Positions 40,271 to 52,483 of a DNA stretch of 64,000 bases are shown here, in pieces. Positions within the stretch are counted from its first letter, which is position 1, and every line of letters starts with the position of its first letter. A program made the position numbers and the translations under genes. The notes below the pieces were generated by a model. It worked only from the letters and a program-made list of their open reading frames with translations. It did not search any database and had not been told where the DNA came from. This DNA comes from Nitrospirota bacterium (GTDB taxonomy: Bacteria > Nitrospirota > UBA9217), in contig CAVVUN010000015.1 in the NCBI GenBank assembly GCA_963751455.1, forward strand, positions 1,536,001-1,600,000. Direction: 5' to 3'.

Positions 40271-40735
40271 ATGCTGCTTTATCTTGTTCAACACGGTGAA
40301 GCCGGGAAAGAAGAGGAAGATCCCAAGCGCGGTTTGAGCGATAAGGGAATACATGATGTCGAAAAAATTGCAGCCTATCTCCAGAAATTGCCTGTTCGGG
40401 TAAATGAAATATACCACAGCGCCAAGCCCAGGGCGCAGCAGACTGCTGCTATACTGGCACAGCATCTTAAACCGGACAAAGGGATAAACCAGGGAGATAA
40501 TCTTCTGCCCATGGACGATCCCGGACTTTGGGCAATGCGTATCAAGGGAATGGAAGAGGACATGATGGTTGTGGGACATCTGCCGTATATGGCGAAGCTG
40601 GCGGGTCTGCTCCTGTGCGGCGACCAGGAGAAGATCGTTATTGATTTCAAGATGGGAGGTATTGTATGTCTGAAAAGATTTGAAGACGGGAACTGGTTGC
40701 TTGAGTGGATGCTGCTGCCGGGACTGATTAAATGA
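40271..40735 (+). CDS. sixA: Phosphohistidine phosphatase
   Basis: LYLVQHGEA, RAQQTA, VGHLP; SD GGAGG. Confidence 0.9.
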   Translation: MLLYLVQHGEAGKEEEDPKRGLSDKGIHDVEKIAAYLQKLPVRVNEIYHSAKPRAQQTAAILAQHLKPDKGINQGDNLLPMDDPGLWAMRIKGMEEDMMVVGHLPYMAKLAGLLLCGDQEKIVIDFKMGGIVCLKRFEDGNWLLEWMLLPGLIK

Positions 40736-41171
40736 ATCGGAAGAAGCGGATTATACAAACTTATAAACGAAAGTATTAGGATATTTTTTTAAGTTGTTCG
40801 ATTTCACCTGCGCAAACGGAACAGAACCAGACCGAGCCTTTCCCTGATATTCCCACATAAGCTTCCGGAATCATCCTGGTCCGTTCAGACTCTCGTGCGG
40901 ATATTCACCTTTCCTGATCCCATTGCGCTCGTTGAAGTAACATGCAGCTGACAGTCCGCATTCCGGAAACGATTAATTTTTCTGTTCTGCGCGCAAACTG
41001 AGTACTCATGACAGTTACCCCTGCAAGAGAATCCAAATGATGAAATGAGCTTAAGCTAAAACCACAATAAAAAGAAGCGGCCTGAGTCTGATTTTTTTGC
41101 AGGATTATAACTGAATGTCATGTAGGTGTTAGTCTTACACGCTTGAGCGGTTAAGGGGCGTAAACAGGGGC

Positions 41172-41804
41172 TCACTGAGCAAGCTTGTTTTCGAGCGCAT
41201 AGCGCGTCAGTTCCGAGTTGTTCTTCATTTCCATTTTTTCGAGAAGGCGCATGCGGTAGGTGCTTACGGTCTTTATGCTGAGCGACAGCTCCTCTCCGAT
41301 CTGTTTCACAGTTTTCCCCGAGGCAATCATGCAGAGCACCTGAAATTCCCGGTCTGAAAGCCGTTCATGAGGGTATGTTTCAAACTTAACTCCCACGCGA
41401 TCTGCGAGTTTTTCGGCAAGAAAAGCGCTCACATATTTTCCTCCGGAGTTAACTTTTCTTATCGCCGCAATTAATTCGTCAGGTGCACTGTCCTTGGTAA
41501 GATAGCCGGATGCTCCGGATTTAAGAGCGCGAACTGCGTACTGCTCCTCCGGAAACATACTCAGCATGAGGACGGCCAGCGAAGGTTTTTGTCGTTTCAA
41601 TTCCTTCAGGATCTCAAGTCCATCCTTGCCGGGCATGGAAATGTCCAGCAACAGCATATCGTAATTTTTTTTCGCAAGTTTCGCATAGATCTCGTCGCCG
41701 TTGCCCGCTTCATCGGCCACCACGATGTCCGGAGTTTCGGCAAGTATCTGTTTTATGCCTTTTCTTACGACCGCATGATCGTCCGCAATCAGTAATTTAA
41801 TCAT
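41172..41804 (-). CDS. NarL/LuxR-family response regulator
   Basis: MIKLLIADDH, LLDISMPG, LSDREFQVL, KTVSTYR; own SD GGAGGA. Confidence 0.93.
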   Translation of the reverse strand: MIKLLIADDHAVVRKGIKQILAETPDIVVADEAGNGDEIYAKLAKKNYDMLLLDISMPGKDGLEILKELKRQKPSLAVLMLSMFPEEQYAVRALKSGASGYLTKDSAPDELIAAIRKVNSGGKYVSAFLAEKLADRVGVKFETYPHERLSDREFQVLCMIASGKTVKQIGEELSLSIKTVSTYRMRLLEKMEMKNNSELTRYALENKLAQ

Positions 41805-44800
41805 GAATAATTCCTCCGCCAGGGGAATTCGCACCGAAATCTCCGTTCCCGACATACGGGAACCGGTGATCGTCACGCTTCCGCCCCAGAAATACACCCG
41901 TTCCCTGATCCTGATCAGTCCAAGCGACTTCCGGTCACTAATCTGCTTTTCTGTAATGCCTTTGCCGTTGTCCTTCACGCAAAGGTGAAATTCGCCCTGT
42001 CCGCCTGTCAAGCCGATACTGACCTTTGTGGCCTTCGCATGCCGGGCGATATTCGTGAGCGTCTCCTGAAAGACCCGAAAAACCGCTGTCGAACGGTCGC
42101 GATCGAGAACAATCTCGTCCGGACTGAAAACAATGCTGCATTTGATGCCGGTTCTCTTTTCGAATTCTTCAGCCTGCCATTCCACTGCAGCGGCAAGGCC
42201 GAGGTGATCGAGTATGCCGGGCCTCAACTCGGTTGCGATTCTCTTTACGCTCTGCATAGTTGTTTCTATGAGCTCCGACATGGAAGCTTCTTTTTCTACC
42301 AGATCTTTGCGGTCAGAAGGGGTCTTTTTCTTCAACCACGCAAAATCCATCTTCAACGCAGTCATGGCCTGCCCAAGCTCGTCATGGATCTCCCCGCGCG
42401 ATGGAGGCCCGTTTTTTTTCGCGCGCCTCCTGAAGATAGCTGGAAAAACTTCGCAGCTGTTCGTTCAGCATCGTCAGCTCCGCTGTGCGTTCAGCCACCA
42501 GAATCTCAAGGTTCTCGTGCGATCTGCGCAATGCCTCCTCGGCTTCCTTCTGCTCGGTGACATCCTGAACCGTACCGGATTTGATGAGAGGTTTGCCCTC
42601 CGGGTCATAAAATACCTCGCCTATGGTGTGTACGGTCCGTACCGTTCCATCCGGACGGATGAGGCCGGTAATCCAATTCAAAAGGTTGTCGTTCGTAGAG
42701 CGCCGCATTTACTGCGTTTATAAAGGTTTCAGCGTCATCGGGATGCATGGCTTTCCCGACAGACTCGAACGTGGGAACATACTCCTCGGGGTTGACGCCG
42801 TATATACGGTACACTTCCTCGGACCAATAAAGCTCATTCGTAACAATGTCCCATTCCCAATTTCCGACGTGGGCCATTTTTTGCGCTTTGGACAGGCGCT
42901 CCCGACTGGTTGGAAGGGCCTGGTCAGCCTGTTTGCGCTCGGTGATGTCACGTACCACCGCAACCATGTAATCTTTGGTTCCTAAAGTCATGTACGTGAC
43001 GCTTACCTCCACCGGAAATAATGTACCGTCTCTGCGCCTGTTCATGCCTTCTATTGTCAGGTATCCCTTGTTCTTTGACTTTGGTGACATGATGAGTCCC
43101 AGAAGGTCTGATCGGGAAAACGCGCTTCAATATCCATGGTACCCAAACTCAGAAGGGTAGTTTTATCATAGCCGAGATTACTGCATGCCCGGTCATTTAC
43201 CATCAGGAAATGGCCCGTTGCAGGATCATTGACGAGTATTGCATCCTTCAGTGGTTGAGCAGGTTACGGAAAAGCAGTAAAGACTCCCTTGCCTCCTTCC
43301 TGGATGTCATGTCTCTCACCATTTCGATGACCGCACTGACTTTTCCAGACGAGTCCTTCAGCGGTGAAGCAGTGATGTCGAGGCGCAGGGTACCAACGAC
43401 AGATGGTGCGATTCTTTCTCCCCTGTGAACCGTCCCGTCCTGGAACGTCAATTCCACGGGGCAGCCTTCACATATTGCGTCCCTGTTTTCGAACGCTTTA
43501 TAACAGTTTTCGCCTGTATGGTCCCCGACAGTTTGATTCGCCAAATGGTTCTGATAGATGATCCTGAAATCGGGATCGAGGATGACCATCTGGTCACCAT
43601 TGTCGGCAATGATTGCTTCGGATTTGGATTTTTCCTCCTGTGCCGTCAGCAGGGCTGTCTTAAGCCTTTCTTCCGCCTGCTTTCGCCCGGTTATTTCCCT
43701 TATCAGCTCAATGCCGGCAACAATATTCCCCAAGGCATCCCTGAGGGGGATGCTGTTATTTCATAATGGGAGGTTCCCGTCTCAGTGGTCCTGTGCTGTT
43801 CCAGTGTATGGATTTTACCGTCCTTGAAGGACATGGTAAGATGACATCGTTCGCAAACCTGCTTTTTGTTCTGGAATGCCTTATAGCAATATTCTCCGAT
43901 ACGGTCGCCAAAAAAACCTATTGAGGCTTCGTTCTGATACAGGACTTTGTAATCCCGGTCCTGGATATTGATCCCATCGCCGATGGGCCGTGATGATCGA
44001 CTCGGTCCTGGCCTTCGCTTCTTTAGCTCTTGTAACCGCAGTCTTTAAGGATTCCTCGATTAGCTTTTTTCGCTCCGATATGTCCTTGAGAGGACCAGGA
44101 CAGCGCCCGTAATCCTGCCTTCCTCTGTGATTGGCGTGCTGATGTACTCGACAGGGAAGTTCGATCCGTCCTTTCTCCAGAAGACCTCATCAGGGGGGTG
44201 GTGAACGACGCCATCTTTCAGGGAAGCGGAAATGGGACAGTCCTCCGCGGGATAAGGCGATCCATTCAGACGGGAATGGTGCCCCCCAGTGTGCTGGTGT
44301 TTTCCGATGATCTCAGAGACGTTCCATCCCGTCAGCCGTGCCGCTGCGGGATTTGCGAAGGTTATTATGCCGTCAAGGTCGATTCCGCAGATTCCTTCGC
44401 CGGCAGTTTTCAGGATCATCTCGTTCCGGCGGTTGAGCAGCCGGATCATCTCGTCCGCACTCCGGCGTTCTGTTATGTCGCGGCTGACTCCCACCAGCCC
44501 GAGCACATTGCCCTGGATATCATGAATCGGTGCTTTGACGGTGTCGATAAATCTCTTTTTACCGTCGCTTCCGGTCATGATGTCCTCGACCTGGAGGGTC
44601 CGGCCGCTTTTCAGAAGCGCTTCATCGCTTCTTCTGCAGCTCTCCGCCAGTTCAGGAGATATCAGTTCTTCATCGCTTTTGCCGATAACCACTTCACTGC
44701 TTACGCCGGCGATTTCCTCAAACGCCTTGTTGACCAGCAGATAGCGGCCGCTGCAATCCTTAAAGAAAACCGCATCCGGCATGGCGTGAATCAAGGCCTC

Positions 44801-45646
44801 GAGTTTCGCATTGATATCCCTCATTGTTCTGTCCGCCCCCATGCGGTCTTCGATTTCGTTTACGAGACGGTTATTTATCCTCGAAAGCTCAGCTGTGCGA
44901 TCGTGCACCAGCCCTTCGAGCTGGGTCCGGGAAACCGTTGTTTTCTGCAGGTTGTCGACCATCATGTTGAATGTTGCCGTCAATTGCCCGATCTCGTCCT
45001 CCGCCTTTATCGGGATCCTGTACTCTAGGTTGCCGCTTCCCACGGTTTTCGCCGCCTTCACGAATTCGGCAAAGGGTTTTGTGATTCTTACGCTGAAAAT
45101 GATGCCTAGTACGCAGACAAACGCCGCAACACAGATGATAATCCATACGATATAGTTGATGATGCCGGCTATGCTTTTTCTGATCGGCTCGGCGGAAATC
45201 CCGATTCGAACTGTACCGAGGTTGCCTTTTAATATGGGGGCCGCAATGTCAAAGACCGACCCCATATCCATTGTGAGATGCCGGATGCTGTACGTCTGCC
45301 CGGTTTGTACGGCATTCGTTTTCTTCAGGTGTGGCGGGAATGACTCCCCGAACGTATGGGCGAGTACTTCTCCTTGCGGATTTACGACGAAGATATACTC
45401 GATGTCGCTTTCCAGAAATTTATGATCAACACAGAGCAGCCGGAGGGAGAGAACATTCTCCGTCAAAAGAGGATCTACAACCTCTTCAGCGAAGGCTCTG
45501 GCCAGAACAACCGCTCTTTTCTGGAGCTGCGTCTCGAGGATGTCTGTCAGCATGGTACGTATGAGGACAATTGCACCAAAGCCGAGAATCAATACCAGGC
45601 CCAGCGAACCGGCAAGAAATTTTGTTCTTAAACTCGATGCTTTCAT
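41805..45646 (-). CDS. Membrane HAMP/multi-PAS HisKA_3 sensor kinase, fragmented by frameshifts
   Basis: ORFs 44060..45646, 43248..43733, 42605..43090, 42382..42708 and the 5' part of 41172..42365 give TM-HAMP-PASn-HisKA_3-FQETLTNIARHA. Confidence 0.82.
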
Positions 45647-46610
45647 TAATTATGATTACCCGTATCGGCTTTCATCCCTGTTGTCCATTCCCGCATCTCC
45701 CTGATTGAATCGTATGCGGTGTCGTCAGCGGAAACGAACCGTTCTATCATCATCCCTTTCAGGATTTCCCTGCCTGCTTCGTCCTTGTCGATATTGAGTA
45801 ATATTTTTTTAAGTCTTTCCTTGGTTTGAACGTCCAGTTCGCGGCGGACTACCACCGGTGGTATTCCGCAGGGAAGGGATTTCTGGATGATTTTCGTTCT
45901 GGATGTGTAGGTGGGGTCGGTTTGATTCAAATAATCCCAGATGAGGTGGTCCACTGCCGCCCCGTCCACCAATCTCTCCGCGACCGCCTTGATGGACGTG
46001 TCATGGCCGTAGGTAAAAAAATATTTCTTAAAAAAGGTATCCGGGGTCCCCCTGGCGAGCATGTAGGTGGGAACCAGCTTTCCTGTATTTGAATCCGGAT
46101 CGGAAAAAGGGTAAGGTTGTTGTTCTGGCTGGAGGTCATCGAACGTTTTCAGACTGCTGTCGCTTCGCACGATGATATATGAATAATAGACGGTTTTTCC
46201 GTATGCCTGCGGCACAACCAGGAGTTCCAGCCCGAATTCTTCGTGGCCTGCCACATACGGCCCGCTGCAGACAAAGGCAATGTCGAGATCTCCTTTTTTC
46301 AGAAGATTGTTGATCTCCTCATACTTATTTTTTGTAACGAATTGCACGGGCCTCCCCAACTGAACTCCTATATAATCGAGGAGCCTGCGGTAATAAGCAA
46401 ATCCCGCCCGAGGGGTGATCATCGCTCCGACGGCGATCCGCAGGGGATAGAGCCCTGTACAGGCTTGTTTTCCTCCTGGAAAACTTTTCTTTGTTCGAGG
46501 TTCACATTAGCGGTTTTATCCGTTCGGTCGCATCCGCCGGCGCACATGATAAAGGTTACAGTCAGTATAGAATTGACTGCTGAAGCTATTGTCCTGTTCC
46601 AGTATGACAT
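45646..46610 (-). CDS. PhnD/SsuA-type substrate-binding lipoprotein (frameshift near 46430)
   Basis: AGGC lipobox, DIAFVCSGPY, SDPDSNTG, H..SIKAV..VDGAAVD; stop/start overlap with the kinase. Confidence 0.85.
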
Positions 46611-46669
46611 TTTCCACCCCTTTGCTGTCCTGTCATGAATTGCGCCCCGCGGGAGGCTGTGTGTTGCCG

Positions 46670-49279
46670 CTAACCGTAATTCCAGGGTACCACCTTTAAT
46701 GGCTGAGGGGAATCCGGATAGTTATTGCTGTTCCCGATTCCTTTGAATTTTTGATGGCCACCTTGCCGCCCCAGGCATGAACGTACGCGTTCCCGTATCC
46801 CGATCAATCCAAGCGAATTCGGGTCAGCAATCTGCTTCTCGGTAATGCCTTTGCCGTTGTCCTTCACCCGCAGCATGAACTCGTCGGGCCCCCGTGTCAA
46901 CCCTATAGTAACCTTTGTGGCCTTCGCATGCCGGGCGATATTCGTGAGCGTCTCCTGGAAGACACGGAAAATTGCCGTCGAACGATCGCTGGTCGAGAAC
47001 GATCTCGTCAGGACGAAAAACGATATCGCACTTAAGGACCCGGTCCCTAATTCGAACTCTTCAGCCTGCCAATCCACAGCAGCGGCAAGACCCAGGTGGT
47101 CGAGCATGCCCGGCCTCAGCTCTGTAGCAATTCTCTTAACGCTCTCCATGGTGCTTTCGATCAGCTCCTTCATATATTTAGCTTCTTCCTTCGACGAGAT
47201 CCTTCCGTTCGGGAGGGGTCTTTTTCTTTAACCAGGCAAAATCCATCTTCAACGCAGTCATGGACTGCCCGAGTTCGTCTTGCGATTTCCCGCGCCATAG
47301 CGGCCCGTTCTTTTTCCCGGGCCTGTCTAAAGGTAGCTGGAAAAGTTGCGCAGCTGTTCGTTCATCATTGTAAGCTCGGCCGTCCGTTCGTTCACCTGTT
47401 TTTCCAGTTCGTCACGGGACCTGCGAATGGCCTCCTCTGCATGTTTTCTTGAAGTGATGTCCCTGACCATCTCTATAACCGCGATGACCTTTCCGGAGAC
47501 GTCGAGCAAAGGCGACGCAGTGATATCGAGATGCATGATTCCCACTTTCGTGGTTGCGATCCGTTCTCCGCGGTGGACCAGACCGTCTTTGAAAGACAGC
47601 TCGACGGGGCAGTTGTCACAGACAGTCTCCCTTCCTTCAAAAGCTTTGTAACAGCATTTACCCACGAGGTCCCCGTTCATTTTCCGGTCTACCTCGTTTT
47701 GATAGATGATTCTGAATTCGGGATCGAGAATGACGAGATTGTCGCCGATGGCGGCAATGACTGCTTCGGATTTGGCCTTTTTTTCCCCGGCGCTGATAAC
47801 GGCGGCCTTGGGAGTTTTTTCAGCCTGTATATGATCGGAGACATCCTTGAACACCACGACGGCGCCGACCACCGTGTTATTCTCGCGCATCGGCGTACTT
47901 ACATACTCGATCGGGAAAGAAGAACCGTCTTTTCTCCAGAATACTTCGTCTTTGACCTTATGGACAGTCCCGCTCTTCAATGCCTTATGGAACGCGCACT
48001 CCTCGCGCGGGTAGGGGGATCCGTCAGGCCTTGTATGGTGGAATGTCTCGTGTGACCGTTTTCCGATAAGCTCCGCAACGGACCAGCCGATCATTTCCGC
48101 CGCTGCAGGATTAATGAAGGTTATGTTCCCGTCCTGATCCAGACCGTAAATGCCTTCGCCGGCCGATTTCAGGATCATCTCGTTGCGGCGGCTGAGCAGC
48201 TCTATTATCTCCGAGGCCCTTTTTTGTTCGGTGATGTCCTGCCACATCCCGAGACAGCACACAGGCGTGCCGTTTTTGTCGCGAATTGCGGACGGGCTTA
48301 CGATGCCATGTATTATTCGGCCGTCACGGCATATATACCTCTTCTCGAATGAAAGATAATCCGCCTTGCCCGCGATCAGTTTTGAGAGCGCATCAAGCCC
48401 CTTTTTGATGTCGTCCGGATGAGAAATGTCTGAAAAAGTCTTTGACAAAAGCTCCTTTTCCTGGTATCCGAGCATTTCGCACAGTCTTTTGTTGACCTTC
48501 AGGAAACGTCCGCTAAAGTCGACGATGGAAGCGCCCACGCCTGCGTTTTCGAATGCCCGGCGAAAGCGCTCTTCGCTCTCGCGTATCTCTTCATCCTGAC
48601 GTTTTCGGGCAGTGATATCTCTGCTGACCGTGACGAGCCCGACAATGTTCCGGTTGTCGTCAAAAATGGGGGCTTTGAGCGTGTCCAAATATCTTGTTTC
48701 TCCGCCCTTGCCGGGGATCTGCTCTTCAAAATGAACGCTGGTCGTGCTTTTCAGCGCTTCCTCGTCGCTCCTCCTGCACTGTCCAGCCGCTTCCGGAGGA
48801 AACAATACATCGACGGTCTTGCCAAGAAAATCTTCCTTTTTACGGCCCGTGAGATTCTCAACGACTCGGTTGACGAGGAGATGTCTCCCTTCAACATCCT
48901 TGAAGACTACCATATCAGGCATGGATTGTATCAGGGCATGCAGTTTGGCATTCGTCTCTTCAAGCGCTGTTTCGGTTCGAATACGTTCGTCGATTTCCCG
49001 TTTATGAGCGGAAATCAAACTGACAATATAGAGGAACCCGAGCAGCAGGATGCACGATATTATCAACGCGGTAAGCTCTGCCGGCAAGTCGATCTTTACT
49101 GCATCGCCCGTGATCTCTCTGTAGAAAGAAATGGCCCGGCGGAAGGTCATCAATAGCGTCAGGAGCAACATGAAAGCTCCTATTGTCCTCTTGCCTGAGA
49201 GAGCCAGCCGCAAGGCAACGAGCGCTGAAATCATTTGAAGAAAGAGTGACAGGCTTATGATGAGCAGTGATATTTTCAT
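46670..49279 (-). CDS. Membrane multi-PAS HisKA_3 sensor kinase (paralog), frameshifted near 47200-47330
   Basis: 3 TM segments, 4 PAS domains, ELRPGMLDHLGL, FQETLTNIARHA, DNGKG. Confidence 0.85.
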
Positions 49280-49426
49280 ATGCGCAATATCTTAAATAAG
49301 TTACTAAAGTTTACTGATGATGCCGAAAGTATAACTAAATTAGCAGGAGAGATAAAGGATAAAAAGAGGCGTTTGCGGGTGCAGAATATGCAATTTAGTG
49401 AAATTTCAGGTTGGCACGTACGCGCT

Positions 49427-49891
49427 CTATAACCAGCGGCGGACACGTTTGCAGTATGCCTCGAATTCACTACGGAATAGTGATGCCAAAACTTGTTCCT
49501 CAGGCTTTATCTGAAAGCGGTTAAGATATGCGATAAACAATGGGAGCAGCACAAACGAAACAAGGTTTGATAGATAGATCGACCATCCGAGCAGGACTAA
49601 GAGGAGCGACAAGTACATGGGATTCCGGGTAACCGAATAAACACCGGTTGTTACCAACGAAGAGGATTTACGCGGGTCATGCGGGTTTATTGTAGTTTTT
49701 GCGCGAAATATGGAAAGGATGCCTGCGGTTCCGAATATTCCTGCCAGTGCAGCCGTTCCCGCTGCAAGCGCCTTGTGTGCCGGCACGTCAAGCTCAGCCG
49801 TGGGGATTGCTCGGGAAAGCAGCCACATAAGACCCGCGAAGACCGAGAAGACAACAGGCGGCGGGACCTTGAGTTCAAGGTTCTTATTCAT
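49427..49891 (-). CDS. Isoprenylcysteine carboxyl methyltransferase family protein
   Basis: TTINP..LVTTGVY..TRNPMYL..PEE..Y..RVRRW. Confidence 0.9.
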   Translation of the reverse strand: MNKNLELKVPPPVVFSVFAGLMWLLSRAIPTAELDVPAHKALAAGTAALAGIFGTAGILSIFRAKTTINPHDPRKSSSLVTTGVYSVTRNPMYLSLLLVLLGWSIYLSNLVSFVLLPLFIAYLNRFQIKPEEQVLASLFRSEFEAYCKRVRRWL

Positions 49892-49911
49892 TTTATGCCA
49901 GTACAAAAAAG

Positions 49912-50334
49912 CTATAGTTCACCTTCAATTGACCAGTTTATTTGAGTAGAGGGATCAACAGGCCAGGTTGTGTCGCTTACATGATAGATGACGAAGATAT
50001 CGATAGTATCGACAGGATCGCCTGAAAAACGAATATCCACGGGAGTCGGGTAGTCGGTTTTAGACGACAGTACGGTTTTAACCGGCAGAGGCAGCGTTGT
50101 CCTGAATTCAGTAACGTAATAGGTGCCGGTGGTATACGGTGTCATGGTTCCCCATTCATAGACGATATTTCCGTCAATTTGATAACATTTGTTCCCGTAT
50201 GAATCCTCGACACACGTTATGCGGTTTGAAGTAGAGTGACCGCACCCGAACAATCCCAGGACAAGTATAATCAAGAGACCTGTGTCCCGTAATTTGGCGA
50301 TCATTAACCTGCAGCGTTTCTCATATGCGCTCAT
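49912..50334 (-). CDS. Hypothetical lipoprotein
   Basis: Lipobox LFGC; ATGA overlap with the upstream esterase. Confidence 0.65.
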   Translation of the reverse strand: MSAYEKRCRLMIAKLRDTGLLIILVLGLFGCGHSTSNRITCVEDSYGNKCYQIDGNIVYEWGTMTPYTTGTYYVTEFRTTLPLPVKTVLSSKTDYPTPVDIRFSGDPVDTIDIFVIYHVSDTTWPVDPSTQINWSIEGEL

Positions 50335-50852
50335 TTTTTCAAAAACCTTTCCACTTCGTTCGCCCAGACTTCGTATCCTTTGGCGCTCAAATGCACACCA
50401 TCGTCCTGCAGATAGCCGTTTTTTGAGTTCCCTTTTGAATCGACAAAGAGATGATACACATCGAGGTATGCGGCGTTATGGTCGCCGGCTATTCTATCGA
50501 GATCGCGGTTTGTGTTTTTTATAATGTTGTTGTCGATCCATGACAGGTTAACAGGCAGGATGCTTTGGACAACTATTACTGCTTTCCTGTACCAGGTAGT
50601 GAAGTTCCGGACGAGTTCGCTGTAGGGCACAATGATATTGTACTGCTCCATGGCAATGTTGTTTATGCCGGTCATGAGGAAGATGAAGTCGGGATTTTGA
50701 ACGCGGGACCTGATTTGCTCTCTTCGGCCAAGCAGACCTTCGACGGGTTCACTGGAGATGCCGAGGTTCAAGACCTGATAATCCGGGAAGCGCCGCTGCC
50801 AGTCAAACCATTCGGTAAGGGAGTCGCCTATGAACACAAGATGACCGGTCAT
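50331..50852 (-). CDS. GDSL/SGNH esterase
   Basis: FIGDSLT, GINN, DGVH. Confidence 0.92.
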   Translation of the reverse strand: MTGHLVFIGDSLTEWFDWQRRFPDYQVLNLGISSEPVEGLLGRREQIRSRVQNPDFIFLMTGINNIAMEQYNIIVPYSELVRNFTTWYRKAVIVVQSILPVNLSWIDNNIIKNTNRDLDRIAGDHNAAYLDVYHLFVDSKGNSKNGYLQDDGVHLSAKGYEVWANEVERFLKK

Positions 50853-50992
50853 AATGCCTGAGTATAACATTTTTTTCGATGTATGGCTTTCTTTGCTTAA
50901 TCGAAATTACAAATTAGTAAAACCATAGTTTTATATTTCGTGTATAATTAAAACACTTTTCTACGTAACTCGGTGATCCCAAGGGAGGTAAT

Positions 50993-52483
50993 ATGGCGAA
51001 CGAATCCTTGCGGGCCTTTTCTTTGACCATCCTGTTTACCGTTATCTTTCTCTTCTCAATCCCCTTATTCGGCGCAGAACAGCAGCATATGATCTCAGCG
51101 AACGAAAAACTCTCTGTTGAAGACGTAATCCCCCTGACAATGGGAAACCTGCGCGGACACAAGATGCTTTACAATGAAGGGTGGTATGTGGTCACCTCGA
51201 GCAGCAGGGCTTTTGAATATGCCAGGGAAAAATCGATCATCTCATCGAAGACAGCGCTGCAGCGTGTCGTAAAAGACGCATCTACACATTCCGGCCAATA
51301 CAAGGAATCCGTCAAGACCGATATTCTGGATTCGGTAAAAACCGGGCAGAAGCTGGTGGCCGGAGGTTCGAAACTGAGCAATGAAATCATCGATACAACT
51401 CATACGCTTGCCCTGGCTGAACTTGATTACGCCGGAGATCGATTCAAAAAAGCAATGGAGGCATTTGTGCAGGGTAATATGTCCATTGCAAGACGGACGG
51501 AAGAAGACCGCCATGAATTGAGTGTCATCCCCGGGAATTATTATAATTCCATAAAAAGCGATTTCAGCAATATTTTCGATATCACGGAACAGAACCGAAA
51601 ACGCTTTGCGAAAAAGATTGATCCTGCCTGGGAGGCGTCATTCCAGAGGGCAAGCAGGGAGTTCCAGGCAGAGTACGATAAGTCCGGCAGGGAGCAGAAC
51701 ACGCTTATGGCCCTCGGGCCGATCCTCTACGGCTACCTCAAGTCGTTTTATTACGGGCTTGCTGCGCCGGCGTCAAAGACGATCGTGAAAACAACGGTAC
51801 GCGGGGCCACCTATACAGTATTCCTTCCGGTTACGGCCACATCCATCGTCGCGGGCAGAACAATTCAGTCTGTGGGGCTTACAGTCTATTATACAGGCAA
51901 AGCGGGTCTGAAGCTCGTATCGCCGACAGTCGAAGGCGGCCTTCTGAGCGGCCTTTCCCTTTTGTCACTTGGCTCTGTTCCGGTTACGTATGCCGCCGGA
52001 GGCACGATCGGGGCCATCAATCAGGTGGCGTTTTCTACGGTCGGGCCCGCTGCCGGTGTTGTCGAAGGGGTCGGAAGTACGGCGGCCCATTCCGCAGGAT
52101 ATGTCGGCTTTCTGGCGTATGACGCGGTGAAGGGGACTACGAAGGTCGTGATCAATCAGGCTTCTTCCGGCATCGTGCTCGGTTACAATGCTTTGACCGC
52201 GCTCCCGACGCATGCGCTGACCGGTGTGATAGATACCGCAGTCTTCCTGGCCTGGGACGGGCCGCGCCTTGTCATTGCCGCTGCCAAAGGACGCGTGAAG
52301 ATGAGCGACGAACCTGCTGCCGACGAAACCTATTCAATCGGTGATCTGCCTGTCGGGTCCGTCGTTGATTTGAAGAAGCTTGAAAAAACTGAAGGTGTGA
52401 GCCTGGAAATACTTTCAACAGACACTCAAGTCATAAAGAACGTGCTCGAACAAATTCCGGACGATGTGAGGGTGCGGGAATGA
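50993..52483 (+). CDS. Exported hypothetical protein, Gly/Ala/Thr-rich C-terminal half (paralog A)
   Basis: SD AGGGAGG, signal peptide, 496 aa, no recognised family. Confidence 0.85.
   Translation: MANESLRAFSLTILFTVIFLFSIPLFGAEQQHMISANEKLSVEDVIPLTMGNLRGHKMLYNEGWYVVTSSSRAFEYAREKSIISSKTALQRVVKDASTHSGQYKESVKTDILDSVKTGQKLVAGGSKLSNEIIDTTHTLALAELDYAGDRFKKAMEAFVQGNMSIARRTEEDRHELSVIPGNYYNSIKSDFSNIFDITEQNRKRFAKKIDPAWEASFQRASREFQAEYDKSGREQNTLMALGPILYGYLKSFYYGLAAPASKTIVKTTVRGATYTVFLPVTATSIVAGRTIQSVGLTVYYTGKAGLKLVSPTVEGGLLSGLSLLSLGSVPVTYAAGGTIGAINQVAFSTVGPAAGVVEGVGSTAAHSAGYVGFLAYDAVKGTTKVVINQASSGIVLGYNALTALPTHALTGVIDTAVFLAWDGPRLVIAAAKGRVKMSDEPAADETYSIGDLPVGSVVDLKKLEKTEGVSLEILSTDTQVIKNVLEQIPDDVRVRE

Noticed and set aside
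41172-42365. Kinase-response regulator fusion protein
   Set aside because: The regulator has its own SD and ATG at 41804 and the region is indel-rich, so the fusion is not trusted.
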